Shown in pieces: positions 36,749 to 45,564 of a stretch of 64,000 nucleotides of DNA. A program made the position numbers and the translations under genes. The first letter of the stretch is position 1; each line of letters starts with the position of its first letter. Source of the stretch: an uncultured bacterium (GTDB lineage: Bacteria; Babelota; Babeliae; Babelales; JABCYS01); contig CAVPKK010000007.1 in the NCBI GenBank assembly GCA_963705705.1, forward strand, positions 128,001-192,000, read 5' to 3'. The notes beneath the pieces were generated by a model that was not told where the DNA came from, searched no databases, and saw nothing but the letters and a program-made list of their open reading frames with translations.

Positions 36749-38035
36749 ATGCTAAAAAAGGGGTTCGTCCTCCTCCTGCTTTGCTCTTCCTCCGTGTTTG
36801 CAGGGCTGGATAACTACCATTTCTACCAGGCAAACAGATTTTGGGGCGAACCCCACTTTGAGCGGCCCTGGCTGAGCAGTTTTAATGTCTTTGTAGGCGG
36901 CGGGCATGCCACCCTATCCCGAAATAGTTGCGGGGAGAAAACCCCTCTTTTCAATATGTATGGCCCATTTGATCTCCAGCATCTTGCCCAAGGGGTGCCC
37001 CTGGACCCCCAAAATCCTATAGACCTGCTCCTCCTTGAACTGAATGAACTCCCAAATAACGATGGTTTTGGCAAGGTACTATATGGGGGAGATGTAAGCT
37101 TCCACACCGCTATATTTGATATATGCCAGAATTTTAGGTATGGCCTCTATGTGCATGCAGAACTACCAGTTCGAAGCTTTCATATACACCCAAATATGCT
37201 ACGCGACCTTTCGCCTACTTCGGGATTTCCTAATGCCCAAAATCCATTATGGCGCGAACTATTGATAAACCTCAACCCGATTTTGAAAAAGTTTGATCTT
37301 ACAACAGCGCCGCATCATAAACGATGGTTTGGCGATCTTAATATTGCGCTCGGATGGGCTAAGAATTATCAAGAGACTGAATATTTAGATTTCGTAGACT
37401 TCTCGTGCGAGGCTGGCTTCCTTTTTCCAACCTGCAAAGCACTAGACCCCCATTATGTGTTCGATCTAAGCACCGGCAATAACCATCATTGGGGTGGTGG
37501 CATCATAGGCCAAACCTCAATTGGGATGTGGGAATGGCTGACTATAGGCGGATCATCAGGTGCTCTATTCCTGGCGGATCGCACAGCGGTCCAGCATGTT
37601 TTTACGGGAACTGAGCAGAATGGATTGATCAAGCTTGCCCAAGCGGAGGTAAATGATGTGCCTGGCATACGCTGGCATGTAAGCACCTTTATTAAAGGGG
37701 ATCATTTTAGTGAGGTATTTTCATTCATTTTGGGCTATTCCTACAATCGCAAAGAACGAGATCGTGCCCATATTGAATCCCCGCTGGCAGTTAGCGATAA
37801 GGGAGTAAATGAAGATGCATGTGAAAAACCGGGAATTGCCCTGCTGCATAAAGACCAAGCTTTCGCCCCTTGGGATAGGCATACCATCCATGTGCAGTTC
37901 GAACTAGATTTTGCCAAAGAGCAACGCCTCTGGCACCCGCATGTTTATTTTTCCTATGATCACCCGGTTGGCGGCCATCGGATCTTCCAACTCAGCGTCG
38001 GCGGTGCCACATTCGGCATGGATTTAACCTGGTAA
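36749..38035 (+). CDS. Exported protein, probable outer-membrane beta-barrel
   Basis: Signal peptide ending SSSVFA, aromatic-rich alternating strands, C-terminal FGMDLTW (terminal aromatic, beta-signal-like). Confidence 0.5.
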   Translation: MLKKGFVLLLLCSSSVFAGLDNYHFYQANRFWGEPHFERPWLSSFNVFVGGGHATLSRNSCGEKTPLFNMYGPFDLQHLAQGVPLDPQNPIDLLLLELNELPNNDGFGKVLYGGDVSFHTAIFDICQNFRYGLYVHAELPVRSFHIHPNMLRDLSPTSGFPNAQNPLWRELLINLNPILKKFDLTTAPHHKRWFGDLNIALGWAKNYQETEYLDFVDFSCEAGFLFPTCKALDPHYVFDLSTGNNHHWGGGIIGQTSIGMWEWLTIGGSSGALFLADRTAVQHVFTGTEQNGLIKLAQAEVNDVPGIRWHVSTFIKGDHFSEVFSFILGYSYNRKERDRAHIESPLAVSDKGVNEDACEKPGIALLHKDQAFAPWDRHTIHVQFELDFAKEQRLWHPHVYFSYDHPVGGHRIFQLSVGGATFGMDLTW

Positions 38036-38165
38036 TCTGGACCCACTAGAGCATTCATATTGAACCTAATCCCCGATCCATTTTGCATATCCAGATCAAA
38101 ATGATAAAATACCAGCCAATGAAATATTATCATTCATCTAATGGAATATAAAAATAAGGCGATGT

Positions 38166-39392
38166 ATGTTCTTTAAACGAAATATTATTGATGAAATCCT
38201 GCGTGCCTTAAAAAGATCACCCGCCATACTTATAGGCGGCGCGCGTCAGGTTGGTAAAACTAGTTTATTGAAAAAGATGGGTGGGCCACTTAGCTACAGT
38301 TATACCACGCTTGATGATTTGGAATCCCGTTCATACGCATTAGAACATCCAAAAGATTTTATTGAAACATTAACAAAGCCAGCCATTATCGATGAAGTAC
38401 AGCGAGCGTCAGATTTACCGTTGGCGATTAAAAAAGATATCGATGAGCATCGCATTCCTGGTAGATATGCACTTGCAGGATCCACCAACCCAATACTGCT
38501 TCCCAAATTGTCGGATGCATTGGTCGGCCGCATGGCTATTCTTCGCATGTATCCGCTTTCCCAAGGTGAACTGATTGGTCACAAAGAAACTTTTATTGAG
38601 CAACTGTTTTCCGACAAACCTACATTCAAATTTTCCACTTTAAGCAAGCAAGAGGTCTGCCAAAAAATGGTGATGGGCGGTTACCCTTCAGTTCAAGGGC
38701 TTTCAGAAAAGGATCGTGAAAACTGGTTCAAGGATTATCTTGATACTATTTTGCAGCGTGATGTGCAGGAACTCTCGCGCATCGAAGGGTTAACTGATAT
38801 GCCCAAATTATTACAACTCATTGCTGATCGGGTAGGTAATATTTTGAATGTTGCCTCTATTCGTGATGATGCCAAATTGTCTACGGCAACGATGCATCGT
38901 TACATTACATTGCTCGAAAAAGTTTTTTTAATTGTTTTTCAACCTTCATGGAGCAATAATTTCGGCACGCGCGTTATTAAATCGCCAAAAGTATATTTCG
39001 TTGATACTGGATTGCTTACGGGATTATTGCGCATGAATGTAGAACGATTAGCTTCATCAACACACATTGGTAAGGTTTTAGAAAATTTTGTGGTTCAAGA
39101 GCTGTTAAAGCAGATGTCGTGGGCCAGCATCAATGTGAGCGGCTACTATTTTAGAACGGTCAGCAATATAGAAATTGATATTGTATTGGAAAATACGATG
39201 GGTGAACTTGTCGCAATTGAAGTTAAGGCAGCTACATCAGTATCGCAACGCGATATTCATGGTATACGGTATTTTAAAGAACAAATGGGCGCCAATTTTA
39301 AACGCGGGATTGTACTTTATTTGGGCGATCACATCATACCGTTTGAAAAAAATATTGAAGCCATACCAATTTCATCACTATGGGAATCATAG
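38166..39392 (+). CDS. AAA_14 ATPase with DUF4143 / PD-(D/E)XK-like C-terminus
   Basis: GARQVGKT, IIDEVQR, AGS, LVGR, GGYP, KSPKVYFVDTGL, EIDIV...AIEVK. Confidence 0.88.
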   Translation: MFFKRNIIDEILRALKRSPAILIGGARQVGKTSLLKKMGGPLSYSYTTLDDLESRSYALEHPKDFIETLTKPAIIDEVQRASDLPLAIKKDIDEHRIPGRYALAGSTNPILLPKLSDALVGRMAILRMYPLSQGELIGHKETFIEQLFSDKPTFKFSTLSKQEVCQKMVMGGYPSVQGLSEKDRENWFKDYLDTILQRDVQELSRIEGLTDMPKLLQLIADRVGNILNVASIRDDAKLSTATMHRYITLLEKVFLIVFQPSWSNNFGTRVIKSPKVYFVDTGLLTGLLRMNVERLASSTHIGKVLENFVVQELLKQMSWASINVSGYYFRTVSNIEIDIVLENTMGELVAIEVKAATSVSQRDIHGIRYFKEQMGANFKRGIVLYLGDHIIPFEKNIEAIPISSLWES

Positions 39393-40946
39393 ACCTTCTT
39401 CTTCGCGCAATTCACGCAAGCGCTTATCTTCTAATCGGCGAATTTGTTCTCGTTCCCTGATCTCTTGCCATTCGCGATCTTCGCGTGCTTTTTGTTCGCG
39501 GGCAGTTTTTTCTGCCATAGTCTCTTTTCCTTCCTTCTCCTCTTTTTCTTTACTGCCAGACGATGTTTGGATTCGCTGCAACACACGAGCAGTTTCTTGA
39601 GCGGTTACCCGCGGTTCAACGGCATATGCATAGTCGAGTAGCGTTTTGAGCAGCAGCCCATGTAATCCACCTTCGGCGCCAATTGCAGCTGATATAACAC
39701 TTAGACCGTCTGCGTTTGTAGTAAAGAGCATCTGTTGCATTTGCGGAATTCCGCGATCAAAAAGTATCAAAAACATTTTGGTGTACTTCAGTTCGGCACG
39801 TGCTGCTTCCTGTTTCTTTGTTTCGTCACTCAAGTCTGGACTATTGTTTATCTCTTCAATCTTTTTACTTAATGCGCTAACAATTGCATGCAGTATATTA
39901 TTGCCATTGGCATCTCGTATTGTGGCAATATTTAGATACGTGTATAGGTTTTCATCTCCCATAGTATCATATCCTATTGGCACTATAGGCTGCGTCAGGA
40001 GCTCTTTCAGCATTTTCCGGAACATTGTTTCATTCTCAGACCTAATCGCATTAAGGAATTCATATTCAAATGCTTCCTGTCTGCGATCCTTGAAATAAGA
40101 ATGAACGTTAGATTTTAAGTTTAATTTCTTTCGCAGCTCTTGTTCACCTAATGGTATCGGATTGTTGTATATATAAAGCTCTTGCAGATGGTTTAACTGT
40201 CCAAAATCGGGAACCGCTGTCTGTACAGTGATTAAAATCTTATTGCCATCAAGCTTTAGTCGCGTAAGAGATGTAAGTTTGTTCAAACTTACGGGTAATG
40301 TAGTAAGACGATTGTTATGTAGCTCTAGCCATTGAAGATTGTGCATATTAAAAATGAAAGCGGGTATTTCGGTAATCTGATTTTGCCCCATATAAAGTCG
40401 TACAAGATTTGGCAATAATGTGCCAATAATTGGCGGAATTTCATCGAACAAGTTGTTAGATAGTAGCAATGAACGGAGATCCTCACGTATGCCGGGAACT
40501 TCATCAATCCCTTCAAGTGATGTTAAACCAAGACCACTGAGCTGAATCATGCGTCCGACTTGAACTTCTCTATCAACATACGGTTTGTGTTCGGGGATGC
40601 CCAATTGCTCATCGCCATTGTAATACTGCCGGAAGGTTATCGGCCGGCCAAACCGATACTGCTCGTAACCAGGAACTTCTGGTATCTCTTGTTGTGCCTC
40701 TCGAACCTCTACTTGTTGAGGTTGTTCAGTGCGTCGATTGATTTCCTCAAGCATCATCATTTCTTGAAAATCGTCTTCAAGCCCAGGAAACATTTGCTCT
40801 TCTGTTAGAAGATCATCAACTAATTCTTCTTCTGAAAGATTTTCCAGTTCCTCAAGAAATCGTTCTTCTTCAGCCCTTGGATTCATTGCCTGTGCTGAGC
40901 CGGCTAGGGTGAGTAACACTAATAATAAGTTTAGATTGAACTTCAT
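39387..40946 (-). CDS. Secreted leucine-rich-repeat protein with ankyrin-like segment and charged tail
   Basis: Signal peptide; LRRs (LRSLLLSNNLF, LVRLYMGQNQI, LQWLELHNNRL, LTRLKLDGNKI, LQELYIYNNPI); DANGNNILHAIV. Confidence 0.85.
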   Translation of the reverse strand: MKFNLNLLLVLLTLAGSAQAMNPRAEEERFLEELENLSEEELVDDLLTEEQMFPGLEDDFQEMMMLEEINRRTEQPQQVEVREAQQEIPEVPGYEQYRFGRPITFRQYYNGDEQLGIPEHKPYVDREVQVGRMIQLSGLGLTSLEGIDEVPGIREDLRSLLLSNNLFDEIPPIIGTLLPNLVRLYMGQNQITEIPAFIFNMHNLQWLELHNNRLTTLPVSLNKLTSLTRLKLDGNKILITVQTAVPDFGQLNHLQELYIYNNPIPLGEQELRKKLNLKSNVHSYFKDRRQEAFEYEFLNAIRSENETMFRKMLKELLTQPIVPIGYDTMGDENLYTYLNIATIRDANGNNILHAIVSALSKKIEEINNSPDLSDETKKQEAARAELKYTKMFLILFDRGIPQMQQMLFTTNADGLSVISAAIGAEGGLHGLLLKTLLDYAYAVEPRVTAQETARVLQRIQTSSGSKEKEEKEGKETMAEKTAREQKAREDREWQEIREREQIRRLEDKRLRELREEEGL

Positions 40947-40955
40947 AGTTTCCTT

Positions 40956-41390
40956 TTAAGTTGGTAATAATGATTCTAATTTTCGTTTAATGCGTTTAAA
41001 GAAATAATGTGCCGCTTTAACGGCGTCCTGCGTTTCATTTGTGTCATTTTTTTGCTCTTGTGAAAGCACGTCAATAGCCGTATTGGCATAATCCATATGC
41101 ATGCGATTCAATGAACCTGCAAGATGTTCAATGTCTTCGGGCGAATAGGCATTTTGATGGCTGGCGAGTGCTTGTATTGAGCTATCGAGGGTAATAAGGC
41201 CGTCGATAAAGGTATCTTGTGCAAATTCGTTTTGGTTTTTTCTTAAGTCGTACCAAAGAGAAACGCAGCAACTATAGGCGGATTTATAGGCAGATTCAGG
41301 CAATGCTTGTTCGGGATGCAAGCGAACTGAGGCGTTCATGCTTCCCCAAATAAAAATAGTTAAAAAAATAAGCGTTAAAAACTGTTTCAT
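40956..41390 (-). CDS. Secreted hypothetical protein
   Basis: Signal peptide MKQFLTLIFLTIFIWGSMNA; helical-looking body. Confidence 0.55.
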   Translation of the reverse strand: MKQFLTLIFLTIFIWGSMNASVRLHPEQALPESAYKSAYSCCVSLWYDLRKNQNEFAQDTFIDGLITLDSSIQALASHQNAYSPEDIEHLAGSLNRMHMDYANTAIDVLSQEQKNDTNETQDAVKAAHYFFKRIKRKLESLLPT

Positions 41391-41496
41391 TGCCGGGCCT
41401 TCCTTCACCTAAGGGTGGCATAAACAGTTTCTTGCTGTCAATAAATCTATTTTTAATAATAACGAAAGATATGGGCCTTATTTGATTATAGTCAAT

Positions 41497-41523
41497 AAAA
41501 CGGGGAAGCCTTTCGACTTCCCC
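41497..41523 (-). terminator. Rho-independent terminator after ssb
   Basis: Minus strand GGGGAAGTC-GAAA-GGCTTCCCC followed by GTTTT. Confidence 0.75.
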
Positions 41524-41551
41524 ATACTTCTGTAAAGAAATTAATAAACGA

Positions 41552-42133
41552 TTAAAACGGCAGCTCTTCCTTAAAGGGAGCTTCATCTTGGAAGTTAATA
41601 CCGCCATCGTCGGTTAGTTGTTGTTCAGACCTACCAAATCCGCGTGATGCGGTTGAATCAATCACAGCTGCTTTGCTGATCTTTGCTTTTGTGCGCGCTT
41701 GAACATCATTGATTTGCTTGCTCAAAGCTGGGTCAATCATAGGCTCAGCATCAAGCTTGGTATCTTCCATCCCTGCATCAACTTCTTCTGCAGCGCCGCT
41801 ACCGGCTGATAAGAAGACTACCCGGTCTGCAACGATAGAGTGTTTATTACGGTTTTTGCCATCTGGATCGGTCCAGGTATCGTATTTCAAACGACCTTCG
41901 ATAAGTACCGGACGCCCTTTTTGTAGATATTGGCGGCAGCTTTCAGCTTGTGAGCCCCAAACATCAACATCGATATAACATACTTCTTGGATCATAGTGC
42001 CGCTTGCCTTATTACGGTATTGGCGATTTGATGCCAACCCGAGGCGGCATACTGCTTGGCCTGAGGCAATTTGTTTGTAATCAGGATCACGTGTGAGGTT
42101 GCCCATGATGACGATCCGGTTGTATCCTGCCAT
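41552..42133 (-). CDS. ssb: Single-stranded DNA-binding protein
   Basis: NRIVIMGNLTRDP, VDVWG.QAE, YL.KG..V.IEGRL, C-terminal EELPF. Confidence 0.96.
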   Translation of the reverse strand: MAGYNRIVIMGNLTRDPDYKQIASGQAVCRLGLASNRQYRNKASGTMIQEVCYIDVDVWGSQAESCRQYLQKGRPVLIEGRLKYDTWTDPDGKNRNKHSIVADRVVFLSAGSGAAEEVDAGMEDTKLDAEPMIDPALSKQINDVQARTKAKISKAAVIDSTASRGFGRSEQQLTDDGGINFQDEAPFKEELPF

Positions 42134-42153
42134 TGATCACTCCTGTGAGATTA

Positions 42154-42702
42154 TTAGTTAATTCCTGAGATATTATTTAATGCGCCGCGCAAAGCAATGT
42201 ATCCATATTGCAGTAATGCACCAATACTCATGCAGCATATTGCGGCTAAGAAGATACCATACAATTCATTCGGCAATAGCCATGATATTTCGTGAGATAT
42301 GCAAAGCAAGCCAATGAATACCAATTGGACTGCGGTCGTCCACTTACTCAACTGCGTAATAGAACCCCATTTCATACCAAGGCTCATGATAATCATAGCC
42401 CCACCTACAATAACGCATTCCTTAATAAGCAGTAGCGAAAATAGCCACGTTGGAAATAATAAGGCCCCGGTGCTAAGTACCAATAGTTTATCAGCAATGG
42501 GATCGAGTGCCGTGCCGAATGAAGTTTGTTCATTTCTTGTGCGAGCTAAGTAGCCATCAAGGTAATCGGTAATTGCGGCGACTATAAAAAGGCCGGTCGC
42601 CAATAACCATGCACGCGCATGTATTGCGCTCAGAATATATGGAATCAAAACGATACGCGTAATAGTGCAAAGAGTTGCGAGGGTAATTATTCTTTTGTCC
42701 AT
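42154..42702 (-). CDS. pgsA: CDP-alcohol phosphatidyltransferase (PgsA-like)
   Basis: TDYLDGYLAR......FG..LDPIADKLL motif, multiple TM helices. Confidence 0.85.
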   Translation of the reverse strand: MDKRIITLATLCTITRIVLIPYILSAIHARAWLLATGLFIVAAITDYLDGYLARTRNEQTSFGTALDPIADKLLVLSTGALLFPTWLFSLLLIKECVIVGGAMIIMSLGMKWGSITQLSKWTTAVQLVFIGLLCISHEISWLLPNELYGIFLAAICCMSIGALLQYGYIALRGALNNISGIN

Positions 42703-42740
42703 GGCCCGACCCTATTAAAAAGACCCGTCCAAACTATCAT

Positions 42741-43829
42741 TTAATCCAAAATTACGCCAGAACCTAAACATATGTCACCATCATAAAAGACCGCGAATTG
42801 ACCAGGTGCAATCCCTTGGTCGTTTACGTCTAATTTGACGTGGTATTTGCCGTTGTCGGTTGGCGTTAGAATACAATTATGACGCGCAGGCCCATGGCGG
42901 AGTTTAACGGTGAAGTTATTTTTTTCCGGGGCTGTCCCAGAAATCCAAGAGCAGCTGCCAATATAAAATTCATTGCGCTCTTTATCTGGTGAATAATAGG
43001 TTTTAGATATATAGACGATATTATTTTGCGTATCTTTCTTCACCACATACCAAGGCCCACCGCTGAGGCCAATACCCTGTCGCTGGCCTAGGGTGTAATA
43101 ATAAAAGCCGGGATGGGTACCAAGCTTCTTATTTGTCTCAAATTCAACCAGATCACCTGGCATGTCGCCAAAATGATGGCGCAAGAAGTCTGAAAATTTA
43201 ATAGTGCCCAAAAAGCAGATGCCTTGGCTATCTTTACGATCTTGGGCCGGTAGGTTTGCCGCGCGGGCACGGTCGCGAACTTCGGCCTTAGTCCATTGGC
43301 CAATAGGGAATAGAGCCTTTTGTAGCTGGTCTTGGGAAAGCTGCGCGAGGAAGTAGGTCTGGTCTTTAATAGGATCGGGTGCCAGGGCAAGGCAATCTGT
43401 TTGCCCGCTCGCTTCCTTTTGCCCCAAACTCACCCTTTTTTGGGCGTAATGCCCCGTAGCAATCTTATCAAACTTGGGCCCAGGTCTTTGATCTAGGTAT
43501 TCCAAGAAGGCGCCAAATTTGACCATCTTATTGCACATGATATCCGGATTCGGGGTGCGGCCGGCTTTAATCTCGCTCAGGGCATATTGGACAACCCGAG
43601 ACCAGTAGGCTTCCTGGAAATTGACCACTTCCAACGGCACCTGAAGCTGGTCACACAGCTGGCGGACGTAGCCGAGGTCTTCTTCCCATGGACAGGTGCC
43701 AAGGTGGGCTAGCTCATCTTCTAGCCATATTTTAAGGTAAAAAGCCGTGACATCGTTGCCCGCCGCCTTGAGCTCATGCAAGGCCAGTGAACTGTCCACT
43801 CCTCCGGATGTGAGAACTGCTATTTTCAT
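42741..43829 (-). CDS. mnmA: tRNA 2-thiouridylase MnmA
   Basis: SGGVDSS, GRTPNPDIMCN, ATGHYA, KDQTYFL, DSQGICF, YTLGQRQG, PGQFAVFY. Confidence 0.97.
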   Translation of the reverse strand: MKIAVLTSGGVDSSLALHELKAAGNDVTAFYLKIWLEDELAHLGTCPWEEDLGYVRQLCDQLQVPLEVVNFQEAYWSRVVQYALSEIKAGRTPNPDIMCNKMVKFGAFLEYLDQRPGPKFDKIATGHYAQKRVSLGQKEASGQTDCLALAPDPIKDQTYFLAQLSQDQLQKALFPIGQWTKAEVRDRARAANLPAQDRKDSQGICFLGTIKFSDFLRHHFGDMPGDLVEFETNKKLGTHPGFYYYTLGQRQGIGLSGGPWYVVKKDTQNNIVYISKTYYSPDKERNEFYIGSCSWISGTAPEKNNFTVKLRHGPARHNCILTPTDNGKYHVKLDVNDQGIAPGQFAVFYDGDICLGSGVILD

Positions 43830-43965
43830 GTCTTCTCAAGGTTACAACCTGTATCGCCTACGAATTTAATAAAACCAGGGGTTATTGCAAATTGGGGCGG
43901 CTTCTATATCATGGAGTATACGTAATTTTCCCTTCACATAAGCGAAATTTCTTAACTTTGACAAC

Positions 43966-44032
43966 ATGATCCGGGCATTACACTCGCTGTGAGATCTTTG
44001 ATACTCCTTTTCAGATCCGATGCCCGGGTCGT
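43966..44032. other. Intergenic structured element (13-bp stem enclosing two small hairpins); possible ncRNA or leader
   Basis: atgatccgggcat (43966-43978) pairs with atgcccgggtcgt (44020-44032) using G:U on the plus strand; inner gatct...agatc stem. Confidence 0.35.
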
Positions 44033-44265
44033 TCTTTATGATCCCAAAGTACCAAACCCTAGCTTCTCGTGCTTTAAGGCCCTATATCGGCTGTGGATTT
44101 GATCTCTTTGGTCCGATTTCTCAAGGGAACCTTTTGACGTATGAATAAACCCCTCTAAAATGATTTTATGATTCATATAGAAATAAATCGGGCTTATGCA
44201 AGCTCCTTTTTTATACATTTTCCTATTAAAGGATGAGAACAATGATCACAAATGCACTAACAATA

Positions 44266-45495
44266 ATGAAGTATCTTTCACGCACCCTCTTAATAACTAT
44301 CTGCATGCATGCTGCACTATCAGCAACTTCAGCGCCTGCAGAGAAAAACATTTCTGAAGAGTTGTTGCGCCAATACAATATGGTAGTGTTGCTATTGCGC
44401 AATGCACCAACCTTTAAACCATCTCTGCAGGTAGCAGCTACCGAAATAACCCGCCTTTTACACGCAGCCGGGGATACTGACCGAGCATGGAATATAGCTC
44501 GTCTAGTTCGCCTATTGGCCCAACCAGCAAGTGAAAATCCTACTCCACTATCTACCGTTCCATCATCAGTTCCACAAGTCTCTGAATCAGTGCCCGTGCC
44601 TTCTTCAGCACTACCCTCAATAATTCCTGCTGACCAGCCAGCACCCGAATTCGATCTACCGCAATTGGAATTCCCACGAGAACTAGTTGATGGTTATAAA
44701 CAAGCTGAACGTTTGGCAAAAAAAATAAATAATAAAACAACTACTCCTGAGAAAAAGATTGAATGCCAGCTGATCCTTGGCGGGATGTATCTGCATGCTG
44801 AAGGAGTTTTCATCGATTATGATCTTGCGGTTAAGCATTTAGATGCTGTCGCAAAACAGGAACTCATTCCTACCGCTCGCGCCTCTGCACAGCTTATGCT
44901 TGGCGAGCTCTATCGATATGGCGGTGAAGGAGTGCCCCGAGATTATCGACGAGCTGTACTAGATTATTTAATTCCAGCAGCGGGCCAAAATGATGATCTT
45001 TTTGCTAAGGCCTCCGCACAATGGATTCTTGGTGAAATGTATTTTGATGGCTTAGGCGTGAATGCCAATCCTGGATATGCCTGGGTAACGTATTTGCGCC
45101 CCGTAGCTGCGCAGACAGTAAATTTACAGGCGCAGGCGTACGCATTATCAAAGCTTGGTCACATGTATGTGGATGGCTTAGGCTTCCTATCAGCTGATCA
45201 TCGTTATGCGCGTCATTATTTAGATCGCGCGGCTAAAGTGATATTCAATAATAATCCGCTTGTTGGAAATGCTGAAGAAAATTCTTCCTCTGCTCTTCCA
45301 GTAGTTCAAAATGAACCCGAAAAGTTGGGCACGTATGCTACATACACATTTAATGTACTCGTAAATGGACTGATCGATGAATATGTTGAATCACATAGCA
45401 CAAAACGATCTTCTACCGATGAAGCGGAAGAAACCGAAGATGAACAAGAAAAGGAATCTGCTAAACGAGCCAAAAAAGCGGATGAACAAGAATAA
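44266..45495 (+). CDS. Secreted Sel1-like repeat protein
   Basis: Signal peptide; LGGMYLHAEGV, AQLMLGELYRYGGEGVPRDY, AQWILGEMYFDGLGV, LGHMYVDGLG; tail with KR..KRAKK; start uncertain (44233-44266). Confidence 0.8.
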   Translation: MKYLSRTLLITICMHAALSATSAPAEKNISEELLRQYNMVVLLLRNAPTFKPSLQVAATEITRLLHAAGDTDRAWNIARLVRLLAQPASENPTPLSTVPSSVPQVSESVPVPSSALPSIIPADQPAPEFDLPQLEFPRELVDGYKQAERLAKKINNKTTTPEKKIECQLILGGMYLHAEGVFIDYDLAVKHLDAVAKQELIPTARASAQLMLGELYRYGGEGVPRDYRRAVLDYLIPAAGQNDDLFAKASAQWILGEMYFDGLGVNANPGYAWVTYLRPVAAQTVNLQAQAYALSKLGHMYVDGLGFLSADHRYARHYLDRAAKVIFNNNPLVGNAEENSSSALPVVQNEPEKLGTYATYTFNVLVNGLIDEYVESHSTKRSSTDEAEETEDEQEKESAKRAKKADEQE

Positions 45496-45564
45496 GGCCA
45501 CCCGCTCAAATAATCCCGGAGAATAGAGAGTACCACCAACATTCGGATGGACAGGAAAGACATC

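Noticed and set aside
38166..39392. AAA_14/DUF4143 ATPase as part of a defence or mobile system
   Set aside because: Stand-alone member of a common family with no partner genes or flanking repeats seen
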